The position numbers and the translations under genes are program-made. Of a stretch of DNA of 64,000 nucleotides, positions 34,974 to 48,674 are shown piece after piece; position 1 is the first letter of the stretch; the number at the start of each line of letters is the position of its first letter. The DNA lies in assembly GCA_001179505.1 (NCBI GenBank), contig CDMY01000878.1:179395-243394 (forward strand), given 5' to 3'. This DNA is from Vitrella brassicaformis CCMP3155 (lineage: Eukaryota > Protista > Chromerida). The notes beneath the pieces are model-generated. The model did no database searches and was not told the origin of the DNA. It saw nothing but the letters and a program-made list of their open reading frames with translations.

Positions 34974-37190
34974 TCACTGTCTGATCGGGAAGTAGTCAGT
35001 GATGCGCTTCTGAGACGGGATGGACACGCCCATCCGGCGCACCTCCATCCGACAGTGACAGTCTAATCTCGGCAACTCAACTAACTCAAACCCAAACTCA
35101 CGCAGCAAGAGATGAAAAGGCAATCGGCGGCCGCCGGGTGTGCCGGGCCGACTCACCATGCCCTCTTGCATTGTGGCTACGATCATGTCGCCCCCTTCCT
35201 GCCCCTCCCATTTCCAATCATCCCCCGCCAGCTCGACAGTGATAACGAGCCTATCCAGGTGGGAAAACCGACGAATCGCCCGCATACACATAGATGCGAT
35301 TCTGTCACATGCCTCGATGAAGCTCTCTGCATGATCGCTTTCCTCCCAAAACATTGTCGTGGTGGCCTCACGAACTCTCTCAGCGATCGGCCTGTCCTGA
35401 TGCTCTGTCTGATGCAGCAAAAAAGTGCGTGCCCAATCCTCATCCCCCATGTCTGTGTCGAATATGTCTAAGGCCGAACAGTTCAATGTCTCGAGCGTCG
35501 GGAGCTGCCCCAGCACCCTCTGCACGAGCGCATCGGACATGTCAGCAGACACATCTGCGTGTGTCACAGAGGGGAAAAGGCGAGCCACATTCGACAACAC
35601 CACGTCAGGCAGTGGCAAAACGCCGGCATGGCCAGCATTAATCGTCAGCAGAAGAGTGCGTGTTCGCGAAAACACGAGTGATGGGATGAGGCCATGGAGT
35701 GCTTGATAGAACACCTCAGTGGCCCCGAGATGAGTGCTCATGGACACTTCGGTAGCCGCAGAAGCGAGGGTCTTGATGGTGTCCGCACAACTGCAGAGGA
35801 CCTGGTCCGACACGCCCGATGAGTCGTACAGGGACTCCAGGCGGAACCTGAAATCGCTTCTGCTCCAATTCTCGATGGCGTTCGGGGCGAGGCAAGACTT
35901 GCGGAAAGCATCCACTTCCTACTCGCCACACACACACACACACACACACAGAGGGAGAGAGAGCTGTGTCCTGATGAATGCGGGCAGGCTGTCGCCTTGT
36001 GAATGAAAATCTTACTTTGATGATTGGGGTCGACGGGGATGGGGGGCGCAGGGCGATGTCGACGTCCTCCAGCCTGAGGCCGCGCTGAGCCAGCTGCTGT
36101 GTGAATTCGTGGGTGAGGCGGAGATAAGGGCCTTTGAGCCGCAGTGTCTTCAGGGCGCTCAAGTCAGGCACAGATGTGGTTATCCGCAGAAGCTCCTGTA
36201 GCGGGCGCGTGTCGTAGGGGTACGGATAGCCCCAGCACCCATCATCGTCGTACTCGAGCGACCGCAGGGCTGGCGCCAATGAACGCCACCACACACCGAA
36301 ACCGATCACGGGGGCCAGCAATCGGCAGTCGCGAACGCTCAGTGACACGAGCGACCTGCAAAGCCGTCCAATCAACAACACCACACACACGTGAAAACCG
36401 CTGTGTTGTGTGGATCACTCGCTGGCCTTGTCGCCCACCTCAGTGCCCATCGCTTGCGTGGCGCCGCCAGCGCCCAGTCGCCGCCCACACGCGCCTCCTC
36501 CAGCACCGGGAACTCCACCAGAGACGCCCCTTGACGCACTGACAGCAGCGTGTGGCCCCGGTTTGGCGCCGAGTAGTCCATCTCGAGGTAGTTCAGCGTA
36601 TGACGCCTGGCCTCCACCAGACGCCCCATGCTCTCTGTCACCGGGCAGAGCAGAACGGCGCTCTTGGTCTTGCTCAGTCGGGTGAGCCAGATGCTGAGCT
36701 GTCTGTCGGTGAGATGGATGGCCTTGGCGGTCTGGACGTGGAAGCAGAGGTGGGTGGCCGGCTCATCAGCGATGGTGTGAAAGGCCTTGCCGATGAGTGA
36801 GAGGGTGCCGATGATGTATTGGGTGCCCAGGAGGGGGCTGAGGAAGGTGGAGAAGGTGTCGGACGGGACAATCCACAGAAGAAGCGAACACCCTGACGAC
36901 TGCACAAGCGACGAAACGCACCACACACACAGACGGCCCGTGTGATTGGTTTTGCTTGTGCGTGGACAGCGAAGCAAATGGGTGGTGTGTGAGTCAATGC
37001 ACACCTGCTGCCCATGGTCCTGCAGTGGGGAGTCACCATTGTCATCGTTGACGAACTTCTCATTCACATCCTGCTCCTGCTCAGAAACAAAGCAAGAGAG
37101 TCTCGAGAAAACGCGAGTCACTCACTGTTTTCACCTCTCTTCCCTTTTGACTCACCTCCTGTTGACGTAAGGCTTGTTGCTTCACCATTA
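34974..37190 (-). CDS. F-box-like / LRR-like lineage-expanded protein with C-terminal PIP box
   Basis: F-box-like LLWIVPSDTFSTFLSPLLGTQYIIGTLSLIGK. LRR-like segments (LRSLEY, LSALKTLRL, LRLEDVDI, LPTLETLNC). Ends SQKRITDYFPIRQ*. Start uncertain. Confidence 0.65.
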
Positions 37191-37399
37191 CCACAGCTCT
37201 CCAGACCACCGACTTGCTGGACACTTATCCATCAATGCCGCTGGATCTTCGCCTATTCTCGCCACACATGCAGTGGCCAGATCACTCCTGAGGCTTTGGA
37301 GCCGGGCATTGCGTCTTTTGCCCTTCGTCCTCTGGCGATCCCATTCTCTGAGCTCGCGGAGAAAAAAGGGAGGAAAAGAGAAAAGAGGAGGAAAAGAGA

Positions 37400-38712
37400 A
37401 CCATGATGATGATTTGATGACGACTGAGCGAGAGGTGAGGTGGGAGGGCACAAAAATCATGGAAAATGATGATTTCTGTCACATGCAGCGCTGGGCTCTG
37501 CGGCCGCTGTGTGTTCAGGAGGTGGTGAGGAGGCCTACGGTAGCGTTGGTTGGCTGCCCGTGCAGTACTTGAGGGCAGACGTAGGCATCTGCGGCTGAGG
37601 GCCTCACTCACAGGTGGACAAACACAGAAGAATTCGAAACACCACCGGCCCGGGGTGACCATCCATGCGGATTGTTTGTGTGTCATGCAGACGAGGTCAT
37701 TGAGCCGTCGGCTGCAGCTATGCAGCAAGATGGCAACGACGGGGTTACCCATCCGGTACGTTACCATGAACCGCCTGCTGCCGCGCACATCTGTCTGGAT
37801 GGTGTGTGTATGTGTGTGTGTGTGTGTGTGTCCGTGCTGCAGGAAGCGACTCGCGATGAGTACCTCCGTCGGTGGAGACATGAGATGGATCGCATCAAAA
37901 AACTCGTCCAAACGCTAGAAGCGCAAGTGAGTGGGGTGAGGGAGGGGTGGTCCATGTGTGTGTGCTCCGTGTGTCGTCCATCCATGCTTGTTCCGTGTGT
38001 GATCCATGCGTCGTTGTTGTTGCAGGTAGCTGGCAACGATGCCTCGCTGACTGTGGGCGACCTGTCTGTGGTGGTGGGCCACGTGAGCCGTGATGGCGGC
38101 TGTCTCAAGGAGGCGGCCGACTATCTGAGCAACATACACAACACCAACTCACTGCAGGGCGGAGTGGCAGAGGTATGTGTGCATCACAGCTCACACACAT
38201 TCCTACTCACCTGTATCTCTGTGTGTGTTGTCTGAGCAACAGGGTGGCGGTAGTGGTCGTGCGGATGATCTGGCCGTGGAGAAGACTCAGAAGACTTCTC
38301 ATGCATCATCCATATCGGTGTGTACGTTGAAAACAGCCAGCCAGGCAAACCACCATCTGCCCTCTAATCTTCTCTTTGTGTGTGTGTGTGCAGGTAGCTG
38401 GTGTGTCGGATAGCAAGCGGGCGCGCGTGGAGGACCGATCGGGTCGTTGTCATGTGGCTGCAGCTGCAGCTGCTGCTGGTGGTAGTGACGATGGTACGCA
38501 CTAGTCGACCCGACTGACACAGAAAGTGTGTGCATCAAACTCTCACGCATCGATTCACCCAACGCCGTCTGTCTGTCTGTCTGTCTCGCTGTTGTGTTTG
38601 CAGTTGATGTGCTGAGCCCCCAGCAAGACGACCAGGGACACGACCAAGAGCTGCAACATGCGAACGTCAGCCTCGACACAAATGAAGCGGCTCATTGGGG
38701 CACTCGCCACAT

Positions 38713-38748
<36 letters not shown>

Positions 38749-40932
38749 TGCGTGTGTCAGGTTGTGGGTGGGCCGTGTTTATGCGACCTGGAGGGCCCGC
38801 TGCTGTGTGAAATGGCCTCGTGGCTGACCACCATCGAGGCCATGTCCTCTGCCTCCTCAACAAGGGCATCAACAGCATAGCCGACTACACCGCCAACCAC
38901 CACCCGAGCAGCGCCCAAGACGGCAGCAGCAAGGCCTCGCCCTTCGGCATCTACCGCAACCTCACCATCGCTAAGGAGGAAGTCGCCATGTGGAGCAACC
39001 TCGATCTGGCCACAAAAAAACGCCTGAAGGGCAAACTGGTGAGCGAGACCCACACCGTGCCGCGCACATCCGCCCACGACACTCAGACATGTGTGTGGAT
39101 CTGTCTGTCTGTCTGTCTGTCTGTTGGTCAGGGCAACGTCACGACAGCCCGCATCCCGGCATCTGCAGGACCATGCAAGGACTACAACTCGCGCCGTCGT
39201 TCCTTCATAGCGACATGTCTGGCGAAGGCCAAGGCATCCCTCAAACACCTTTACATCGACCGCGGTTTCGGGAACTTCAACTTTAGTCGCCGTTCGCCGT
39301 TGCGTGCGTCCCCTCCGGTGGCCTTCACGGCACTCACCAACCTGCACGTGGAATGCGACGAGTGGATCGGATACTTCGGGTGAGTCTGGCTGACCATGCA
39401 CACATATTCATCTGTGTGTTGTTGATTTCTGCAGTGAAGCCATGTGGACCTTCCCTGCCCTCAAAGACTGCCGAGGTCTCCGCGTCGCTCTTGGTGCCCT
39501 CGGGGGCCTCACCCACATCATGAGCTCCTCCCCTCAGCTCATGACACTCACAGGCAACATCAGCTGTTTCGGCAGCCACCTCATCGCTGCCCTTGGCCAG
39601 TGCAGTCGCCTCACCACCATCCGTGGGCTGGCCGTCGACAAGTGTGCGTTGAGGGATGGTCATCTGGCTGAGCTGCAGAGGTCTCTGGACCCCCACTGGA
39701 GCAAACCGGACATGCAAGGTGAGTGACAGACGAAGTCCGTAGTGACATGCTTGATGCACTGATTGATGCCTTGTGTTTCTATCATCGATCCATCAGGAGT
39801 GGTCAAGACAATCGAGTTGGTGTACGAATGCCCCGTCGGCCACAACTTGGGCGACCTGACCCGCCCCCTGCCCGACTTTCTCGCGTGGGCCCGACAGGTC
39901 GGCGCCACGGTCGAGTGGCGGCTGAACCGCGGCAACTCCATGACGGTCGACTGCAGCAAGGAGCCGTCGACTGTCTTCCCTGCTGTGCGTGGCCCTGTAG
40001 CTGACGTGGTCAACCAACTCGCCAAACAAGCCGAGAGGGTAAGTGGGATAACGAATGGACAGACAAGGAACAAATCGCATGGTTCGTATGTATGGCTGCC
40101 TTCGTCTCAGGTGTGGCTGTGGTGTGGCGGCACGCCTCTGGACGAGTCGTGGAAGGACGTGCTCAACTTTCCCAACGTGCGGCAGCTGCACATTATCCAA
40201 TGGATGGATGACATTGACGAGCAGAGCGTGCAGAGCGTGTCGGACAGCATTCCCCCATTCATGACGGCGGTCGACGAGGCCGGCAACAACGTGTGTTTTC
40301 CTGCAGTCGAGCACCTCGAGTCCAGGCTGGCGTATCTGTTTCACTTTTCCCAACCCCCTGAGGGCGCCTGGCATTTTCCTGCCGGCCCCAACAAACTTGG
40401 CACACTGCTAGGCAGCCTGCGCCACGTCAGATCAGTCGAGTTCAGCACCTCTGACCTCTGGGTCTTCTCTGAGTGCCTGCCTCTCCTGCCCACTGAGCGC
40501 CTAGATAAGCTCCGGCTCGATTTTGGCCATCACGTGCGTGCGTTGCCTGACACATACCCACCACACACACGCCCTGCCGTGGCATCGCTGTCGTTTGATG
40601 GCATTGATGGGATTGGTCTCAGCAAAGATGAGGCCTTGTTGGTGACGAGTGTTGTGACCCACGTGCGACCGTCCAAAGCGCATCTGAGTCTGCCACTCGA
40701 TCCCAGTGAGTGTCAGCTAGGCGAGGAGGGTGCGTCAGATGAGGAGCAGATAGCCCATGCAGAGAAGGAGCTGCGTGCATTGGCGTGTGAGTGCTTCGAG
40801 CGGGTCATGGCTTCGTACTCGCTTGAGAGCCTCACTGTCCAGTGCCAGGTGGAGGAGGAGGGGGAGGAAGAAGAGGAAAGCTTTCTGGGGTCCTGTGTAC
40901 TCACGCTGGACCTGGTAGCTAAGGGCCAATAG
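37400..40932 (+). pseudogene. F-box-like / LRR-like lineage-expanded protein with apparent 1-nt frameshift near 38843
   Basis: N-terminal coiled coil (RWRHEMDRIKKLVQTLEAQ). F-box-like LCDLEGPLLCEMASWLTTIEA continues in another frame as VLCLLNKGI. LRR-like FTALTNLHVE, FPALKDCRGL and FPNVRQLHI. Long final exon. Confidence 0.6.
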
Positions 40933-41267
40933 GGAGGCGATGAGGGGGAGAGGACGGCCATTCATGACCGGCAGATAGACAGACACTTGCTTGTAGTGTA
41001 TTCAACTTGCTGTCTCTGTGCTGTACGGATGGATGGATGGATGTCAATACAGACTGAGTGAGCGTCTGTCGCTTCATGTCCACCAACCGATTCAATTCAA
41101 GCACCGTACACGATGTCTCTAATTCCCATCCGGCCACGCACTATACAACCACACAAAGAGCTCACGCACACACCAGCGGCGCCGACCGACGGATGCACAC
41201 ATCCATACAGACAGGCTCTCATCCGTCCATCTGTCCGGCCATCCATCCATCCCTATCTGTCAGTCAG

Positions 41268-44200
41268 TCATCGCTTCCTGGGCGACTCGTTGCCCCTCAT
41301 CGTCACAAGGAAGAACACACTCGGGTCACGGTGCACTCGCTCAAGCGCCTCCTCCAAAGGCAGCCCGTCACCCATGTAGTTCTCAACTATCACACGCTGC
41401 CGCGGCGCCAATCGCAGAGGCGACTGCCCGCGATGCCGACCGCCCGTCTCCCTCTCCCTGCCAGCAGCAGCTGTTGCTGCCGGTGCGGGCGACTTGGCTC
41501 GTAGGGTGGGCGGGTCGCGTGGGATTGATGCGGGTCGTGTGCCGGTGGGGATGAAGATCGGGCGAGGGCGGCTGCCCGCACCCTTGCTGCGGGGGCGCGG
41601 ACGGGATGTGGATCGTGATCGGGGCTTGATGGGTCGCTTGGGGGGGCGGGAGGGGTGCTGGGGATGGGTTGTGACCACGATGCGACGGCTGCCGGCCAGC
41701 TCGGCACAACTAGCGAAAAGACAGACACACACAGAGAGTGTGTTGGCGAGAAGGGACATGACACCAGCCTGTCGTTGGTGCATGTGTGGCTTCCTGAAGA
41801 AGCGAGACCATGGGTATCTTTCGGTTTCGGCGAGGAAGCGCTTCTCGATCATGGCCTCCTCGTCGCCACACACATCACGCTCAAACGGCAGAGACGATCT
41901 CCACAATCCTGCCATCCACACACACACACACATCAGAGCCGTGCGGTCATCCCCAACACAGTGCAAGGCACCTGGTGGAGGGTGTCGGATCCTCGGGTGC
42001 ACATCGGCGCCAATGGCCGCCGGGCTGGCGGCCCCCCTCACCCGCACCTGCACCCCCACATTCCTGCTCTCCTTCATCCTCCCGCTCTCCTCACGCAGTG
42101 ACCGCATAGTCATGGGCCCTGACCCGCCATCAGGCAGTCGGGCTGACGGATACCGGGCTGACGCAATCTGCCGATCCGTATCGAGGGCCACGCCCCGCAA
42201 GGCCGAATAAGGCGATGGGGCCCTCCTTGCAACTGGCTGCTTGGGCTCGTGTGGGGGTGACAGCCGCGGCTCTCGTGTGTCCTTGCCCCTGTCCTTGGCG
42301 GCCTCTCTGCCGCGCGCCCTCTTGTCCTTGATTGCCAGGTGTGGCGTCGAGGGAGGTGGCAGAGTGGGCGATTCTATCGTTAGGGGGCGGTGGAAGTGGG
42401 CCCTGGGTGCAGCGATGAGGGGGCTGGGGGACGGCTGTGTTGACGGCAGACGGGGGCTGATGGTGCCGTCCAGACGGAGGTAGGGAGGCGAGAGGCCGGG
42501 GGGTGTCAGACGCCGCTCGGTGGTTGTCAGCCTGTGGGGCTCGCGGCCTTGCCCTGACACAACAAAAGGACAACCACTGGGTCATGTGTCCGCTGTGTGT
42601 GACGATCCCCCTCTTTCTCTCACATCGGTGGTATGCGGCCTCGTCAAGTCGCAGCGGCTCCCTGCCTTCACGCCGCATGGGCATGGCCAGCGCCTCACCG
42701 CCACCGAGCGCATCCCCATCAGGCCTGAGCAACAGGAACGGGACGAACGAAGCACGAAGTCACGAAGTCACGAGCCAGCATCCTTGACCAGTACCTCATT
42801 GGACGGTCCAGCTCGTGAAAGCGACGCGTTATGACAGGGGACTCCGCGGGGCGCGATCGCGGCTCCTCAACGTCAGATACATCAGCTGCAGTAGAAACCA
42901 ATGACACACATGAGAGAACGACATCCTTTCAGGTGTTCTGCGTGCATCGGGCGCCCCGAGTGCATCGGGGGCGTACGTTTGGCTTTTCTGGGTGGGGGGC
43001 TGGATGGCCCAGATGACGGGGGAACGGGAACGCGCCCATTGGCATGGGCATGTGTCGCATCACCACCCCTGCACTCCTTCTCTCGATCCCTTTGTGGGCT
43101 CTGGACTGCCGGGGGGCTGTAAGGGCTCTGCGCCATCGCACGCTGGCGACCCTCCTGAACCAAGCAGACGGACGACAGAGAGGTCGTTAATCGCCTCAAG
43201 AGGAATGAGAGGCCCTTTCGTTCGCACCTGAATCAGAATCTCGTGAAGACTCATGGATGGTTGTGGCTGCCTCGGCTCAGACTGGGGTGGCGACAGCAGC
43301 TCGTCCACCACACGATCATCCGCTGTAAGTCGGCCCGCCTGGGGCGTGAAGTAGATGCTCTGTGCGACGCTGTCTGCCGGGGGGGCGGGCTGGGCGAATG
43401 GCGGAGGCGGAAGCACATGAAGGGCGGGCTGCGGCGGGGCGGCCGTAGGGGTCTCCGGGGAGACATCGGAAACCTGTCAGTGGACACAACTAGGAGTGAG
43501 CGGATGGACTTGGATGTTTTCCTCTCCTGCCTGACCTGTTTCTCCGCCGATGTGTCTTCATTGCTGGCCTCGCCATCATCCCTGGACTCATCCTCTCTGC
43601 CGCCTTCCACGCCAGGCGACAAGCCAGTCTCCCGACTGCCACTCTCCCAATGCTGGGGCGACCCCAGCGATGAGGACGATATGCTCGCCTCCTTGCCCGC
43701 CGCAGCAGTCGGCTGCTTGCCGTTGTTGCCGCCATTGGCCTGGAGCATGTAGACGGTGCAGATCTGTGGCGGGGTAGGGCCCATCTTGGTCAGCAGCGTC
43801 GGGTGGTGCGTCACACAGGCAGCCTTTTTCTTGCGCGAGGGTGTAAGGGAGAGGTCATCCTCGTCGATGTGGAAGTAGTCCGCTGCAGGGGGGAAGGGCG
43901 GGGGTGTCGAGGGCTGGAAGGCATAGTAGATCGAGTTGGTATACCCTCCACCCGGGGCGGGGGCGACCGGCGTCGAATCGCCAGGCTGCCGTCGAGACGA
44001 GCTCGGTGGCAGCCCCAGCCTCTCCCGCACCGCTTGGAACGGTGTCTGCCACGGACCATGGCCGCTGTCCGGCGCTGGAGGGAAATCCATTGGCTCGAAG
44101 TACTCGCGCGGTGGGGGGTATGGGCGTCTCGGCAACAGGCCGGGTGACGACGCTCTTGCAGCCGGGAGCGGGGGTGGGATGACCTGAGGCCGATCAGAGC

Positions 44201-47200
44201 GCCGCGGGCTGGGGAGTGAGCTGTGTGAACTCTGGACATCGACATTGACCTCCGTGTCGTAGTGTGCCGGGGGCGATGGGGAGCGGACAGAAACAGAAGT
44301 GACGGTCTCGCCCGGCTGGCCGTATGCAAATGTCTCCACCTCGACTGACGTGGGGGGGCCTTCGTAGCCCTCATAACTCGCCCAATGGGGAGGGATGACA
44401 CCTGGCCCCATCGCCTCTTCCTCGTGCTCTCGCAAGCGGCGGTCAGCCGGCCGTGGTGGGTACGAGTATGGCGGCGAGTCGCTTGGGAAGGGCGGGACGG
44501 CGTGGGATGCCTGTCGGGCCGTCGGCTGGCGCGACGAGCTGCGGCTGCTGCTGTTGGCAATCAGGCGGTTGAGGTCCGCCTTGAGCTCTGCAAGACGCTC
44601 GGAGAAGGACGCGCTGCGGTGATGGGGATGGGGGCGCGAAAGAGCCTGGCCCCCACCCCCTCTGGCTGCGATCTCGCTCATCTGCCGGCCCAGCTCCTCC
44701 CGCAGCTCCCTGATCGACCGGCGCATGGCCATCGGCTCTGTGTGGCCCCTGCGGAATGCAAAGTCCTCCTCCAGCGGCAGCTCGTCACGCGGATGCCGCA
44801 TCATGGGCTTAGGCACATGGCCGATGTCCACGCCGCCCCGTCCCCTCTCCTCCTCTGCCCCTTCCTCCTGAGGAGGCGGGTACTCAAGATCCGGGGCCCT
44901 CTCGTCGTCAGAGATCCTCCGCACCTCCACGCCACGCATTCTGTCGACATCGCGATCTGAAGCAGGAGGAAGAGAAGGCCGCTCTCTTGTCGGTGAAGGG
45001 GTCGTGAGGTCCTGCAACGATGGAAAGCGGTCGGGCGGAGGCGCCTTGGGAGCTGTCTTCTTGGGAGGGGCGGTGGCCTTGGTCTTGGCGACGGGCGGTG
45101 GTGGCTGGGCGGTCTTGGTTGGAGCCGTCTTGGCCAATGGCGGTGCTGGTGCTGGTGCAGCTTTGGGCGCCTCTTTCACCTTTAGTACTGGTGAGGGCTT
45201 CTTGGCCTCCTTCGGCTGACGAGTGGCCGTGGGGGTCGAGTCTCGGATGGGCGACGGCTGCTCGAGCGGCGCCATGTCAGCCTCATCGGCGCCTCCCTTT
45301 CTGGCCACCCTGTCCCTTTTGCCGCCTCCAGTCCCATCCGCCGATACGGCACGTCGTAGCGACGCCGCTGCTGATGCCGTCATGGCCGCCTTCCTCCCGC
45401 CCATGGTCGTCTGCCGCGAGAAGGCGTCACGATAAGACGCGTAGCCCAACACACGTGAGGGTGAGGGGCCGGGGACCTTCTTCCCTCCTCCTCCTCCTCC
45501 CGTCGTGTCCTTCGCCATGGGGTGCGCGGACGGTGCTCGGTTCTTGGGCGAGTCGGTGGTCTTCTTCTTGAGCATAGGATCTGGCGCGGCCTTGGTGTCC
45601 GAGACGATTGACTGCTCGTCGGTCGCCTGACGGTCGGCGAATGAGGGTGGCGGCAGCTTGAGGGATGCCTTGGCGTCGGGTGGTGGTGCGCTGGATGGTT
45701 GGAACTGCGATTCGGGGTCCATGCCGCGGCAGGGAGAGATGCCTGCAGAAAGAGACAAAGGAGGGAGGCAACAGGTGCACATCACATCACACATGTCAGT
45801 GTGTGTAGCCATCCGATGCTCACCGAATGTGGGTGGCGCCTTGTCTGTGTCTTTGCCCGTGTCGGGGGTCAGGCCCTCCGCCCTCGGAGCGTAGTGCTCG
45901 CCCGCCTTGGTGTGGCCCTTCTGCCACGCCAGCCCGCCCTTTCCGACCCTCTCCGCCTCTCCACCCATGGGGGTTGTCTCTGCACCCATGGGCGTGGTCG
46001 CCGTCAGCAGCGTCTGCGCGCCCATGGTCTCCTCTTCTTCACCCTCGTATCTCTCACTCTCTCCTCCGTCCGCCTCCTGCTGCTGCTCCTGCTGCTGCTG
46101 CTGCTGCTGCGTGCGTGGAGCTTTCTCTGGCAGCACGGATGGCACCGTTGGGGCGATGGTGGTGGTCTTGGGCTCCGCACGCTCAATGGGGCGTGTGTGT
46201 GCGTCAAGTGGGCCGCCTGGGAAGTCGACCGATGTGGGCAGGGTGGTCTGGGGAGGGGAGGGCGGCAGCAGCAGCTGCTCTGTCGTCCCCTCCAGCCTGT
46301 GTCGGGCGGCCGCCAGGTCGTGAAGCTTCTCCAGGTCAGCCCCGCTGATGAGCGTCAGCTGCTGATCTCTATCTCTCGTCGCAAACACGTGTCTCGTGCC
46401 GGCCTTCTCCCTCTTGATGCGCTTGAGGGTCTCCCCTCTGGCGGCGGGATATCTGAGCTCACTGAGGCTGAGCCGGTCCAGCACGGGCGTGGGCAGCTCC
46501 ATCAGCTGGGGAAAGGTCAGCGTCAGGGCCGAGAGGTCGACCAGGAGGCTGTCTGCGACCGGTGCAGCTGCTGTTGCTGCTGCCGTTGCTGGTGTGGTGG
46601 GTGGGGTGTGTGGCGGCAGATACGAGAGGGGGGTGCGCTTGATGAGGGTGATTGCTGGCATGGGGGTGGCGGGGAGCGGTGGCCGCCGCCAGGACGGCTG
46701 GTGGGTCAGCAGGGGGGAGGTGTCAATCCTGATAAATCCACAGACCGACAGGACGGATGCATTTGGGGGCGCGAGTGAATGTGGTGCACTGCAGTGGACT
46801 GTTTGTCATTCACCTGAGCAGTTCCACTCTGTGTTTCTCCAATGCGAGCAGCTGCTGCCGCTGGTCGTCCAAGATCTCATACAACGCCTGATGGATGGAC
46901 ACAAAGCAGCACACACACACACACACACGTCCTCATTCCCATGTGCATAGAAGCCACAACTCTCACCCACCCGCATGAAGGCCCTCTCGCTAGGGAATAT
47001 GGGCATGAAGGCCACCGCACACGCCGCCCCCGTCACCGTCCCCGCCGGCAGCTGCACCTCCTTCTCCACACCGGCATACAGCTCATAGTGCCATCGCCAG
47101 TAGGGAAACAGCCCCGCCAGCACGTCTCCCGTGCGGACCACCCTATCGCCCTTGGCCGCTTGCGGGGGCACGTTGAGCGTGGGTGAGGGGAGGGGGTAGG

Positions 47201-48674
47201 GGAGGTGGTGTGGCGGTGCGGGGTTGGGCGTGATGGCCTGGGCGTATCTGCGGCGATAGCCCTCGGGCAGACGGGAGAGAAGATGCGTCCGGAGGTGACG
47301 CTTGACGGCGAGCAGCTCGCTGATAGATAGACAGGAGGCCAGGAACATACAGCCGATGTCTCCTGCATGTATCTCTGTGAGGGTTTGGTGAGGATGGTGG
47401 TACCCACCTGATTGTGACGGCGAATGGGTTGAGTTGCAGGCCGAAATGCGGCGCGATGGGGAGGTCCAATGAAGGCACACGAGACCCGTGACTGCCTGTC
47501 AGACTTGCGTCGTCCCAGGGAAAGTCGGCTGATAACATTCACACACACAGAGAGAGAGAGGGGGTGAATGCGGACGCATTTCTCCCATTGGGTCACTGCC
47601 TCACTCACTGCGCCACTCACTGACCGGCCTGGCAGCATATCCACCTGAGTAGTGTCCACGGGCGTATGGCCTTGTCCTGCCGCAGATTCGGCACACACGG
47701 CAGATGAACCGCACGACCCAACTCACTACACAACACAACACAACACACACACAGCGGACAGACGCACCCCTGAATGCCTGCCTGCACTCGTTGCATCCCT
47801 TGGCTGGCTCTCACCGACCGTTGCTGCCTCATGAGCTCCTCCTCCACAGTGGGGGGCTCACAGTCATGCGATCGGAAGACACTGAAGCCGCTATGTGCCG
47901 CCTCGTAGAGCTCCCGCTTGAGTGCCAGCCGATGACAGGCACTGGCCAAGCGCTCAAGGCGCCGCTGCTGGAGCGCGGCGAAGGGCACAATGAGGGAGCC
48001 CAGGGCAGACGCATCCTGGGGGGGACACACAGAAGGGGATGGGTGGGGGGATGGGATGGGTGCGTCAGTCGGTTGGGTGGTCCATTCCATAGGTCTCATC
48101 TCATGTCATCTCACCCTGACGTCTTCTCTCTCTTCGTTGGTGACGGTGAAGCCATCCAGCTCCTTCAGGCTCGGAAACAATGTCAGTATACGCAACTGAG
48201 TCAACGCACAAGAACAACGAGAGAGGGCCCCGCATCCATCCATCCATCCGGAATGCACCGCAATGCAATGCGCCTGCCCACCTGACTCACCTTATAGTCC
48301 GGGAAATTAGCGATAGGGTTGCCGATGAGGCTGATGTACTCGAGCTTCAGCCGGTTGGGGATGCAGTCGAGCTGCCGGGCGTCGGTGATAAGGTTGTGCG
48401 ATAAAGCCAGCTTCTTGAGGCTCCTGAACTGGGAGAGCCCCTGCAGGCTGGATATCTGGTTCTGGCTGAGCTGCAGCCGGGTGCAGTTGGTGAAGGACAG
48501 GGGGACGGGGTCGATGACGGAGATGTCGCACCCGTTGAGGGCTATCTTCTCAGGCGTGCACGCCGCACAACGCTCAAGCGCCTCACTCAACTGATTGATC
48601 AATGGCAAGGAGAGCAGAGCAGAGCAGATGAGACGAAGAGAGGAGGACAATGGGATGGGTGCATCGGCATTCAT
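41268..48674 (-). CDS. Very large protein: N-terminal SDS22-like LRRs + LRRcap, helical segment, >1000-aa Pro/Ser/Arg-rich disordered region
   Basis: CTRLQLSQNQISSLQGLSQFRSLKKLALSHNLI...LEYISLIGNPIANFPDYK|LRILTLFPSLKELDGFTVTNEER. Further exons lead into the 1136-aa ORF (43251-46661) and the 430-aa ORF (41268-42560). Joining these into a single gene is inferred. Confidence 0.7.
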
